Shown here piece by piece: positions 1 through 8,285 of a stretch of 64,000 nucleotides of DNA. The stretch is from sequence record LC592711.1. The stretch is one strand, 5' to 3'. The stretch's first letter is position 1. Each line of letters opens with the position of its first letter. The notes under the pieces were generated by a model. That model was not told the DNA's origin. It was given only the letters and a program-made list of their open reading frames with translations, and ran no database searches. Position numbers and translations under genes: made by a program.

Positions 1-1575
1 CGCGTACTGACGCAGCGTGTCGACTTCCGACAGCAGTTGCGTCACAGCCAGGTTCGACTGACGGACCTTGCACAGGTACGACAGAGCAGCTGCGTGCAGT
101 GCGTCTTGCGCATCGCCGTTCGTGATCGGACGTTGCACCGACAGCGGGCTGCCGAGCGAAACGCCGTAGATCTGGCGATACGTGTTGAAGTCAGCCAGCT
201 GGCCGAGTTCACGCAAGTTGCTGTTCACGCGGCGAACGTCGATGTCCACGCCGATGATCTTGCCGCCTTCGAGCAGCGTGACCATTGCAGCCTGGCCAGC
301 GTCGGTCACGTCGAGCGACACGCCGTTGATGTTCTTGATCGTGTTGACGACGATCGAACCCGTGATGATTTCGTAGGACGAATCTTGCAGGTTGATGTCG
401 CCGCGGACCGAGAACGACAGCCATGCGGTGTTTGCCGATGCGCCTTGGAACGCGCCGAGCAGCTGCGTGGCAGCGTTGTTGAACAGCGTCGTGTTCGGGC
501 CGATCATTGCCGAGTCCGTCGTGAACTGGAGGTCCATACGACGGGTTTGGCCTTGCAGGGCTTCCGTGAACTGGTTCAGCGGGCTGTTCGACGTGTCGAA
601 ACGGACCACTTCCTTCTTGCTGCCGTCGGCGTTCGAGAACACGACGTACACGCCCTTCAGGACGGCACCCGGGTCCAGCGCGTCGGTCTGGTCCAGCACG
701 CCCTTCGCGAGTTGCGTGTCGGTCAGAGCCAGGCGGAACAGCGACGTGCGGTAGTTCGTCTTCAGCGGAGCCGTCTGGATCGCTTCGCCTTCGTCGGTCG
801 TTGCCGCGTACGGTGCGACCAGCGCCGGATCGACGAACGCATCTGCCGTCTGAGCGCGCACGACCGGGATGATCTTCAGCGTGTCGTTCTTCAGGATCGT
901 CGCGTCGATTTCAGCGTTGACGATGTTGCGACGGTTGTAGTCCGTCAGGCGCTTTTCGAGCTCGTAGCGCACTTGATCGTACACGGAAATCAGCGGGATT
1001 TCCATTTCGATCGCGTACTGGTCCGGCGACAGGTTCACCGTCTTGTAGAACATTTCGCCGAAGCGGTTCTGCGTTGCGGTCGCGAGCGCGAAAGCTGCCG
1101 TGAAGTTCAGCGTTTCGTCGTTCGGCTTCGTGTCGTACGCTTCCATCGAGCGCTGACCGAGCTTGGCCGGATCCAGGCCGCTGTTGTCGGGAATGAACAC
1201 TTCGAAAGCGTTCGAACCCTTCATGCCCTTCATCGCCACGCGGCGCGCGAGCGAATCCTTCGGGGCCATGGCCGACGCCAGAGCGAACGACACAGCTTCT
1301 TGTTGCTGCGGGGTAACCTTCACGCCGAGCTTGGCGCCGTCCATCTTGAAGAACGATTCGACGCTGGCTTGCACGTCGCCGAGCATCTTGAACGCGGCTT
1401 GTTCGATGTCAGCCGAGAACGACTCGTTCGAGACGAGTGCTTTGCCGATTGCGGGGTCGTTGCGGAGCGAGCCTTCACGGCTCAGGTGTTCGACCATCTT
1501 GAACGCAGCACCAGCAACATTGACATGTTCCTGGTCCGCGCGCTTGGCGAACTTCGAAGTGGTCACGAAAGACAT
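1..1575 (-). CDS. Major capsid protein, phiKZ gp120-like (5' part; runs off the window start)
   Basis: My translation from ATG 1575 (RBS AAGAGG): MSFVTTSKFAKRADQEHVNVAG...SMEAYD..., open for 525 codons to position 1. Strong codon bias, S-x-E maturation-type motifs, next to the DnaB helicase as in phiKZ-like phages. Missing from the ORF track because it has no stop inside the window. Confidence 0.85.
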   Translation of the reverse strand, partial: MSFVTTSKFAKRADQEHVNVAGAAFKMVEHLSREGSLRNDPAIGKALVSNESFSADIEQAAFKMLGDVQASVESFFKMDGAKLGVKVTPQQQEAVSFALASAMAPKDSLARRVAMKGMKGSNAFEVFIPDNSGLDPAKLGQRSMEAYDTKPNDETLNFTAAFALATATQNRFGEMFYKTVNLSPDQYAIEMEIPLISVYDQVRYELEKRLTDYNRRNIVNAEIDATILKNDTLKIIPVVRAQTADAFVDPALVAPYAATTDEGEAIQTAPLKTNYRTSLFRLALTDTQLAKGVLDQTDALDPGAVLKGVYVVFSNADGSKKEVVRFDTSNSPLNQFTEALQGQTRRMDLQFTTDSAMIGPNTTLFNNAATQLLGAFQGASANTAWLSFSVRGDINLQDSSYEIITGSIVVNTIKNINGVSLDVTDAGQAAMVTLLEGGKIIGVDIDVRRVNSNLRELGQLADFNTYRQIYGVSLGSPLSVQRPITNGDAQDALHAAALSYLCKVRQSNLAVTQLLSEVDTLRQYA

Positions 1576-1684
1576 GTTGTATTACCTCTTATTCCTAGGA
1601 AAAAGGTTTTCTGGGAAAACGAAAACTACGATTCTGTACAAAACCGGTTTTGGCAGTGATTACCACCAAACTATTGAGACTGTT

Positions 1685-2326
1685 TTATTTCAAGAGATCC
1701 AGTTCGGTGAGATACCATTCGAACCAGTTCGTCTTATGTACCACGTTCAGGTCGTAGTACTGCTGCAGCTTTTCGACCACGGACCGCAGGATCGACAGGC
1801 GCAGCTCTTCTTTGCGGTTGAAAATCACCGGCGACAGAATTCCCTGATTGAGGGCCACAACAATCAGTTTGCTCGATGCCGAATAAACGCTATAAGATTG
1901 ATGAAGATCAACCTTGTTAGCCGCCTCTTGCTTGAGGTGATCCAGAACATACTGGTTCACCAGCTTGAGGCTGTATTCTTTTTTGTCTGCGAGTTCCGAG
2001 ATCTGGTTCCTCGCATATTTATCTGCTTCAGTTCCGTTGACGGACTGCCCGGCTTCTTCCGGGAAGAACCACAGGTAACCGAGACTCTTCGTGTACTTCT
2101 GGCGACGGTCCGACACATGCGGGATCGTACCATTAGTCCAGAAAATGGAAAGGCCGTCACCGGAGAATGCGTCCAGTGCCACCAGCTGCTCCTGAGTGAA
2201 CCATTGGCGCATCAGGGAGAAGTTGAGGACATCCTCGATCTTGCCTTTCTTGGCAAGCTGCCGGTAAGCCCAGTCCGGAATCACCACGACCTGGTCACCA
2301 GGATTCACGTTCATGAACAAACTCAT
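1685..2326 (-). CDS. Hypothetical protein between capsid and helicase genes (possible virion protein)
   Basis: 213-aa ORF filling the gap, co-oriented with the capsid gene; function inferred from position only. Confidence 0.65.
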   Translation of the reverse strand: MSLFMNVNPGDQVVVIPDWAYRQLAKKGKIEDVLNFSLMRQWFTQEQLVALDAFSGDGLSIFWTNGTIPHVSDRRQKYTKSLGYLWFFPEEAGQSVNGTEADKYARNQISELADKKEYSLKLVNQYVLDHLKQEAANKVDLHQSYSVYSASSKLIVVALNQGILSPVIFNRKEELRLSILRSVVEKLQQYYDLNVVHKTNWFEWYLTELDLLK

Positions 2327-2425
2327 GCTCTTCGCCTTTATCCGGTATGAAAATAAAATAAAAAACTTGCCCGTTCTTATTTGAACGCTGCAACAGAAAT
2401 CCTACCAATCCAGCAGGTCTAGACA

Positions 2426-3949
2426 ATGACCCCAAGACTTCTTCTTCTCAAGATCATCACGCTCCTGCACCTCGAATCACAAATCGAAGGTGAGAATGCA
2501 CGATCGTCTGACTTGGCTACCAGCCTGCTCGCCACCGTCAAAATTCCTGAGGCCGACGTGGGCCTCATAGACAGTGAACGAGAGATTATTGGCTCGCTCT
2601 ACAACATATGTCGCAAACTCGCCACCGCTACGCCGGGCGACGAGATGGACAAATCAGACCTCCTTCAGGAAGTCCGGTTGCATTGTGGCAGTGAAATCGA
2701 TCTGTTCGAATCCTTCAAAGAAGGGATCGCGATTGAACTATCACAAGATGGTCTCAAAAAGCGTGTTGGCTTCATCCGTAAAGAGCTCAAATCGTATCTA
2801 CATTACGAGGGTACGAAAAAGCGCATCATGGATGCTGCCCATGCTTTGCGTTTCAAGGAGAACTCGATTGAAGATATGGACAAGTATCTTCGCGACTTCT
2901 CAACTGACATTGAATCATCGCTCAGTAAATCCAGCAAGCAGGACGAAGCTATTCTCGGCACAATCGACATGGCAGATAAAGAGTCGGTTGTGAAAGCTGC
3001 ATGTTCCGTGTCAGATGAGCAATCGGGTGCCGGTAAGCTCAAGACGCATTTGCAAGATCTGAATGACATGATGAATGGCGGCATGCGCCGTGGTGAATTC
3101 GTCTGTACTTCGGCTCTTCCGCACAACAACAAGACCGGCTTTTCGTTGGACATCTTCGCTGGTGTCGCAATCAACAACGATCCGTATCTGATTGATCCGA
3201 AGAAGAAGCCTTTGCTTCTGCGCATCTCGTTCGAAGATGACGTCGAAATGAACTTCAACCACCTCTATAAGCACTTCTGGGAACAGGAGCATGGCGAGGT
3301 GGCAGTGATGGTCGGCAAATCGGAAGACGAAATCGCCCAGTACGTCATGGACAAGATGACGGCACGTGGCTGGCATGTTCGCATGTACAAGGTTGACCCT
3401 TCGATGTGGTCGATCTTCGATCTGTTTGCATTCGTGCGTGATCTGGAATCGCAGGGTTATGAAATTGCTCTGTGTATGCTGGACTACATGCGTAAGATGC
3501 CGACTACGGGTTGCGTACAAGGCATTGCAGGCGCTGACGTCAGAGACATGGCTCGTCGTTGCCGTAACTTCTTCAATGCCCGTAAAACGGCGTTTTACAC
3601 GCCGCACCAGATCTCGACTCAGGCTAAGGAAATCCAACGTTCAGTTCCGAAAGACTTTGTCAAGATGCTGCCGGGTGGTGGTTACTATGACGGTTGTAAG
3701 AGTCTGGACGCAGAAATCGATCTGGAGATCTTCCAACACATCGAGAAACACAATGGTCATTCGTATCTGACCTTGCAGCGCGGCAAACATCGTAACGCTC
3801 CGGTGCTGGCAGAAGAACTGAAGTATCTGGTTTACCAATTTTACGACATCGGCGGAATTCCTCCTGACATTGGCGGAGAGCGTTCCGGTTTGCGTAAGGT
3901 TGGTGGCAAGCGTGCTTCGGAAGCTGAAACCGATTTCGATTGGCTTTAA
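2426..3949 (+). CDS. dnaB: DnaB-like replicative helicase (phiKZ-type)
   Basis: LNDMMNGGMRRGEFVCTSALPHNNKTGF variant Walker A; CMLDY Walker B; TPHQIS and QRGKHR DnaB-like motifs. Confidence 0.88.
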   Translation: MTPRLLLLKIITLLHLESQIEGENARSSDLATSLLATVKIPEADVGLIDSEREIIGSLYNICRKLATATPGDEMDKSDLLQEVRLHCGSEIDLFESFKEGIAIELSQDGLKKRVGFIRKELKSYLHYEGTKKRIMDAAHALRFKENSIEDMDKYLRDFSTDIESSLSKSSKQDEAILGTIDMADKESVVKAACSVSDEQSGAGKLKTHLQDLNDMMNGGMRRGEFVCTSALPHNNKTGFSLDIFAGVAINNDPYLIDPKKKPLLLRISFEDDVEMNFNHLYKHFWEQEHGEVAVMVGKSEDEIAQYVMDKMTARGWHVRMYKVDPSMWSIFDLFAFVRDLESQGYEIALCMLDYMRKMPTTGCVQGIAGADVRDMARRCRNFFNARKTAFYTPHQISTQAKEIQRSVPKDFVKMLPGGGYYDGCKSLDAEIDLEIFQHIEKHNGHSYLTLQRGKHRNAPVLAEELKYLVYQFYDIGGIPPDIGGERSGLRKVGGKRASEAETDFDWL

Positions 3950-3952
3950 AGC

Positions 3953-3993
3953 AAAAAAATAAGAGTCTCTACTCCCTCACGGGAGTAGAGCTC
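3953..3993 (-). terminator. Intrinsic terminator hairpin between convergent genes
   Basis: CTCTACTCCC-tcac-GGGAGTAGAG stem followed by a T-tract on the minus strand. Confidence 0.75.
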
Positions 3994-3998
3994 TGGCC

Positions 3999-4502
3999 TT
4001 ATGTCGGCTTTTTAGGCTCGTCGACATAAAACCAATCTTTCCATTTCTCAGATGTACTCCTGGCAAACTTTGAAACGCAGCTACGATCGATACCTACTGC
4101 TAATCCTGCAGCTTTGGCCGATGGGTAAACGACTCCGTTAATAGAAACGGGTTTGAATTGAGCCTCGGCAATTTTCTTTTTATGACTTTCTGAATGCTTT
4201 TTACCTAATTTACTAGCTATAACCCTGGCAATAGCATCGGGAGATCTTTTCTTGCCAGTATTACCTTCTTTCATTCTTCTGACGACGTCTTCTGGTCGTT
4301 TCCGACCTTTAAGCGATTGCCTAATCTTTTCCTTATGTTCATCAGTTAGCGCTGGTCGACGCTGACCGGTCTTAGATAACCCGCATTTAGCGCCTCTAGT
4401 TTTAGCCAGAATTTTCTTGTCGTAATTTGGATCCCAGGTCTCATTGATATTGGAGATAACATCATTGATTTCTTCTGTCGTCAATGTTTTCGATTCTTGC
4501 AT
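3999..4502 (-). CDS. NUMOD3-repeat DNA-binding protein with C-terminal NUMOD1-like HTH, no visible nuclease domain
   Basis: Repeats EHKEKIRQSLKGRK / GKKRSPD / GKKHSESHKKKIAEA then KPVSINGVVYPSAKAAGLAVGI; start moved to ATG 4502 with GAGGA RBS. Confidence 0.8.
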   Translation of the reverse strand: MQESKTLTTEEINDVISNINETWDPNYDKKILAKTRGAKCGLSKTGQRRPALTDEHKEKIRQSLKGRKRPEDVVRRMKEGNTGKKRSPDAIARVIASKLGKKHSESHKKKIAEAQFKPVSINGVVYPSAKAAGLAVGIDRSCVSKFARSTSEKWKDWFYVDEPKKPT

Positions 4503-4568
4503 TTTGTCCTCGCAAATCAAAGACAGATCTAACAAACCCTCTCCGAAGAAAGAGTTTGTAAAACTGTC

Positions 4569-5420
4569 TTAGTTCAAATGGGTTTCCCAGTAATCGGGAT
4601 AATCGCTGGGATGATTGATCATTTCAGCAGCAAGCTCCTTGATCGCACGCATACTGACCGAACCCAGTCGATCCCAGTTATGATCCAGCCAATGCAACAG
4701 TTCCTGCTTTTGCGCCTTCGTCAGATCGAAGATCTTGTTCTTCATTGTCACTGATGCAGTCCAGCCCCAGCTGACATCGCGATCGTACTTGAATTCCGTG
4801 TAAACAACGCGATCGCGTATTGCTGATTCGTCGATCTTGCGAGCGCCCTTAGGAGCCGGATTGGACGGAGCAAGAGACTGGTTGCTGGTGATGATGAAGT
4901 TAATGTTGTCGGTCGGAATCTGGATACCGACACCGTCCGCCGTCTGGAAAGCGCGCAGTGCTTCTGCAACGCGTTGCTCGTGGACCGATTCGCTCTTTTC
5001 ATAAAGCTGAATCATCGCCGTCATGTTCTTGTTCCATGCGAACATATTGCGATCTTCATCTAGAGCACCCTTCATGACCGACAGACTGGTACGATCAGCA
5101 AAAACCGAATCACAGTCATCGATCCAAACGTAGGTTTTCTTCCCACGAGAATTATGAACAGCCAAAGCTAGAGCGATGGCGATGGCATTCATGCTGGCCA
5201 CGCCGATGATTTCGATCAGAGGAATACGATGTTTCTTTGCCGTGTTCCGAACAGTCACGGACTTACCGATACCTGCGGGACCGACGATGTAGTGGTGTCG
5301 TTTCGGCACGATAAGGGCATCCGACTTGTCGAAAGCCGCCGTGACTTTACCAACGAGTTGATTGGTCAGGATTTCGCCGCGCTCGATGTTTTGTTTTTGT
5401 TTGAGGGTAAACGGTTGCAT
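4569..5420 (-). CDS. AAA+ family P-loop ATPase
   Basis: Walker A GPAGIGKS, Walker B VWIDDCD, sensor-1-like IITSN, SAIRDR arginine-finger-like segment. Confidence 0.8.
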   Translation of the reverse strand: MQPFTLKQKQNIERGEILTNQLVGKVTAAFDKSDALIVPKRHHYIVGPAGIGKSVTVRNTAKKHRIPLIEIIGVASMNAIAIALALAVHNSRGKKTYVWIDDCDSVFADRTSLSVMKGALDEDRNMFAWNKNMTAMIQLYEKSESVHEQRVAEALRAFQTADGVGIQIPTDNINFIITSNQSLAPSNPAPKGARKIDESAIRDRVVYTEFKYDRDVSWGWTASVTMKNKIFDLTKAQKQELLHWLDHNWDRLGSVSMRAIKELAAEMINHPSDYPDYWETHLN

Positions 5421-5431
5421 CTTCTACTCCA

Positions 5432-5439
5432 TTTTAAAA
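5432..5439 (-). promoter_or_regulatory. TTTTAAAA box upstream of RBS (one of 12 copies, see findings)
   Basis: Same palindromic 8-mer lies within about 30 nt upstream of 12 minus-strand start codons. Confidence 0.55.
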
Positions 5440-5442
5440 AGA

Positions 5443-5484
5443 TTAATCACAGACAGATGCCTTCGGGCATCTGTCTGTGATTAA
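5443..5484. terminator. Perfect 19-bp stem-loop (terminator or processing site)
   Basis: TTAATCACAGACAGATGCC-ttcg-GGCATCTGTCTGTGATTAA. Confidence 0.7.
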
Positions 5485-5488
5485 GAGG

Positions 5489-5674
5489 TTATGCGCCTTT
5501 AACTTGCTTCTCTCGAATCAAGCGAACCATCCGCTTATAGACTTCGACGAAGGTAAAACGATATCCTGCTTTAGCCAGAGCGTTTTCAACGTCTTCGGCC
5601 GGAGTCAGAATACCGTTCTTGTCCATCGTGTCGAGAATGATCTTCTCGATCTTATCTTCTTCACTCAGAGACAT
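5489..5674 (-). CDS. Small winged-helix-like protein (array member 6)
   Basis: IEKIILDTMDKNG...AEDVENALAKAGYRFTFVEVYKRMVRLIREKQV three-helix pattern, wing truncated. Confidence 0.6.
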   Translation of the reverse strand: MSLSEEDKIEKIILDTMDKNGILTPAEDVENALAKAGYRFTFVEVYKRMVRLIREKQVKGA

Positions 5675-5984
5675 CCTTCACCTCAGCAGAAGCCGATACA
5701 ACCGGTTCCGGAGGCGTCAGATACTCGCCAATCAGTTCCATCATGCTGTCGGTCAGCCACCAGCCTTGACCCTTATGACGAGTCGCCACGCCTTCGAGCA
5801 ACAGATCCACCAGCAGATTGTTGATGTTCAGCTGCGGCATGAAGACATGGGCTTCACGCAGCTTCTTGAGCAGCAGGTTTTCGTTGATGGGTTTGTTGTC
5901 GCTCAGATACAGCGTACGAACGATGAAGCCCGACGCCGTGATATTGGCATGGGTCGAGGCATCGCCTTTCACCACGCCGCTCAT
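5661..5984 (-). CDS. Winged-helix-like protein (array member 5)
   Basis: FIVRTLYLSDNKPINENLLLKKL...INNLLVDLLLEGVATRHKGQGWWL; start moved to ATG 5984 just after the upstream stop. Confidence 0.6.
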   Translation of the reverse strand: MSGVVKGDASTHANITASGFIVRTLYLSDNKPINENLLLKKLREAHVFMPQLNINNLLVDLLLEGVATRHKGQGWWLTDSMMELIGEYLTPPEPVVSASAEVKDVSE

Positions 5985-5994
5985 GATGGACTCT

Positions 5995-6396
5995 TCAGCC
6001 CGAAAGCACGCTGCCGCCATCGACTGGATCCGTCGGAAGCCCTTGCCGTTTCGATCGATTTTTAGCATTTTTAATTGATACCTCAAAAATAAGTTCTCTC
6101 ATGTCCTGCGTTAGCTTGAACATGTTTCCCGGAAGGGAGTGTACTGCACCACGGTCTTTCAGAAACCGAAACGCCTTTTTGACATTATAGTCGGTGGCGC
6201 TGGTAATCTTTGCATGCCTCAGGTCAACTGCTACCTGAATGAAGTTATAGGGCTGGTCAGGAAAAACCAGTAAGCGTTTTAAAACCAGGACGTTTAGTCC
6301 GCCCTGAAAGCCTGATACCATTGTTGCTTGTTGGGCTAACTCACGCATCTGCGCGTCTGCTTTATTGAGCTTAGGTTGTTCTTTCAGGGCCGACAT
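5995..6396 (-). CDS. Winged-helix-like protein (array member 4)
   Basis: LVLKRLLVFPDQPYNFIQVAVDL...VKKAFRFLKDRGAVHSLPGNMFKL. Confidence 0.62.
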   Translation of the reverse strand: MSALKEQPKLNKADAQMRELAQQATMVSGFQGGLNVLVLKRLLVFPDQPYNFIQVAVDLRHAKITSATDYNVKKAFRFLKDRGAVHSLPGNMFKLTQDMRELIFEVSIKNAKNRSKRQGLPTDPVDGGSVLSG

Positions 6397-6405
6397 TAGT
6401 CGCTC

Positions 6406-6735
6406 CTAGTGTTTAGTCATCGCCTGAGAAAGAATCAGGTCGAAGATCGACGTCATCTCCGGATGGAGGCGATATGCCACGTTCGGAAACGAAGTCTTGG
6501 TTGCGAGAATGCCCTTCTGCAACAGATCCGTACATGCGTCACGCAGCATGTCGGTGATATGGATACTGTCGCATCCATAGATAGCGAATGCCATGTCTTG
6601 AAGCGACTTGGATTCACCATCCTTATCCTTCAGGTAGAACACTACCTTATGCTGGGTATCCCAGTTGTCTTGCGGCTTTGCTGCAATGATGACGGCTTCT
6701 GCCATCTGGCGACGCCACATTTGTTGTGCTGACAT
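6406..6735 (-). CDS. Winged-helix-like protein (array member 3)
   Basis: KVVFYLKDKDGESKSLQDMAFAIYG...LRDACTDLLQKGILATKTSFPNVAYRL. Confidence 0.65.
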   Translation of the reverse strand: MSAQQMWRRQMAEAVIIAAKPQDNWDTQHKVVFYLKDKDGESKSLQDMAFAIYGCDSIHITDMLRDACTDLLQKGILATKTSFPNVAYRLHPEMTSIFDLILSQAMTKH

Positions 6736-6744
6736 TTTATCCTC

Positions 6745-7293
6745 TTATTCAAAAGCCTTCTGTTTTTTGAGGACGGCGTAAAGATCGATAGCTTCCTGTT
6801 TAGTAAGCTTCGACCTGCCGACATGGATGTGTTCGAGGTTTTGCTGTGTCTCGAACAACCACAAAACATTCTTGTAAAACTGATACAGGTCGCCGATCTT
6901 GACGTTGTTGTCTTTGACCTTGATGTTGACATCAAGTAAGACTTGCTTACCCTTCTCACCCGTGTAGCTCGACATCAAACTCACGAAATCAAGCGTCAAT
7001 GAATAAAGCGTTGGGCGATCGCCTATAATCGAGCCCATCGGCTCCCAGCCTTTCAGAATCCCAGCATCGAGCAGGTCCTGCAAAGCAGTCTCAACTTCTG
7101 TTGTCGAGTACTTACCAAATGCCGTAAGACGATGGATGATTTCTTTACCATCATGTCCTTCCGGATGGCGACTTTGTTCCGATACCAGCTGAACGATACA
7201 TTCTTCAGCCGTCAGATCGCTACCATACTTGATCGATGCACATGCTTTTACTACCAGGTTCATAATGACCTTGTTGGTTTTATCGAGTGCCAT
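6745..7293 (-). CDS. Winged-helix-like protein with extra C-terminal domain (array member 2)
   Basis: EECIVQLV...GKEIIHRL...STTEVETALQDLLDAGILKG...PTLYSL; start ATG 7293 with AGGAG RBS downstream of an early-type promoter. Confidence 0.68.
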   Translation of the reverse strand: MALDKTNKVIMNLVVKACASIKYGSDLTAEECIVQLVSEQSRHPEGHDGKEIIHRLTAFGKYSTTEVETALQDLLDAGILKGWEPMGSIIGDRPTLYSLTLDFVSLMSSYTGEKGKQVLLDVNIKVKDNNVKIGDLYQFYKNVLWLFETQQNLEHIHVGRSKLTKQEAIDLYAVLKKQKAFE

Positions 7294-7342
7294 TTTAGCT
7301 CCTAATAAGGAATTGTAAAGTTTACAACAGGGATTCACGAGA

Positions 7343-7351
7343 GTTATATAT
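7343..7351 (-). promoter_or_regulatory. Putative phiKZ-type early promoter core (ATATATAAC)
   Basis: Matches ATATAT(T/A)AC seen at six intergenic sites with upstream TTT; resembles the TATTAC early element of phiKZ virion RNAP. Confidence 0.6.
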
Positions 7352-7372
7352 GTCTGAAATAAAGTGCATACT

Positions 7373-7402
7373 CATACACACTGGCGCAAGCCAGTGTGTA
7401 TG
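7373..7402. terminator. 13-bp stem-loop
   Basis: CATACACACTGGC-gcaa-GCCAGTGTGTATG. Confidence 0.7.
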
Positions 7403-7410
7403 ATGGGCGC

Positions 7411-7731
7411 TTATGCTGCGATTTTAAAATTACAAATACGGTCGATCTCCAGCCTTGTCCGCAAACGCAGACGCGACTCCTTATGCAGGCGTACGTGATT
7501 GATGGAGAAGATACGACGTTCAACCTTGTATCCCTCCGGAGTCACGAAACGACTCTTCAGGTAACCCCGTTTTTCAAGAAGCTCCATCGTCTCCATCAGA
7601 CCGTCAGCAGACAACTTACCTTCTGCATCGCGGACAATATCGGACGAAGTCTTCTCGACCCCATAAGGCGCTTTAAGAAGATCAAGAATCTGTTCTTCCA
7701 GCGCTGTTAGTTTTTGTTGGTCCAGTTCCAT
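7411..7731 (-). CDS. PadR/BlaI-like winged-helix protein (array member 1)
   Basis: LTALEEQILDLL...SSDIVRD...LMETMELLEKRGYLKSRF...RRIFSI. Confidence 0.72.
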   Translation of the reverse strand: MELDQQKLTALEEQILDLLKAPYGVEKTSSDIVRDAEGKLSADGLMETMELLEKRGYLKSRFVTPEGYKVERRIFSINHVRLHKESRLRLRTRLEIDRICNFKIAA

Positions 7732-7760
7732 TTTCTAAGGTCTCGTAGAAGTTCTTGTTA

Positions 7761-7937
7761 TTAGACCCGTGCGGTGTTGTTCATGGACTTCTGGTCACCG
7801 TGCCTGTTGCGGCTCGTAAGACCATTGGGATGAACATCCGATTTCTCGGTTTGTTTGATGTCCTGCCTGATTGCAGGGCTGAGTGGATTCTCGGCTTTAA
7901 AGCCGCCCCACTTTGTGGTGCCGTTTCCTGGTGACAT
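7761..7937 (-). CDS. Small hypothetical protein (58 aa)
   Basis: My translation MSPGNGTTKWGGFKAENPLS...NNTARV; AAGGA RBS; below the ORF track length cutoff. Confidence 0.5.
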   Translation of the reverse strand: MSPGNGTTKWGGFKAENPLSPAIRQDIKQTEKSDVHPNGLTSRNRHGDQKSMNNTARV

Positions 7938-8030
7938 TTTTATTACCCGTCCTTACTGGTGAAAAACCACAGGATCAGCGAAAAAAATAATAGTCCGCCC
8001 CGTTAAGAGCGGACCCTCCATTAACGTAGA

Positions 8031-8198
8031 TTAACTACGCTTCTTAGCTGCCCGGCTTTTGCTGATGTGGGCTTCGATGCGCCTATCTTCTTCCATGAGT
8101 TTTCGGGCTTGTTCCTGAGTCATGTGATGCCGTTTCGCAATATCTTCATTGTGAGCGGCAGCTTGGAACAACTTTCTCTGACTAGGTGAGTACGGCAT
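8031..8198 (-). CDS. Small basic hypothetical protein (55 aa)
   Basis: My translation MPYSPSQRKLFQAAAHNEDIAKRHHMTQEQARKL...KKRS; strong GGAGG RBS; followed by hairpin and T-tract. Confidence 0.7.
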   Translation of the reverse strand: MPYSPSQRKLFQAAAHNEDIAKRHHMTQEQARKLMEEDRRIEAHISKSRAAKKRS

Positions 8199-8285
8199 TT
8201 TCAAACCTCCTCAACGGAAAAAATGCGACCGAACCCCGAAGGATCCAGTCGCCCAACTTACCGGGCTGAGGCTCCCGGTAATCCT

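Noticed and set aside
37-1659. 540-aa plus-strand ORF, and similar long ORFs at 8223, 13338, 18028, 28126, 30746, 34191, 37305, 45819, 47304, 55512 and 57407
   Set aside because: Antisense shadows of strongly codon-biased minus-strand genes; composition is unnatural and I saw no convincing RBS
3999-4535. Active homing endonuclease or mobile element
   Set aside because: No GIY-YIG, HNH or LAGLIDADG catalytic motif is visible and no intron surrounds it
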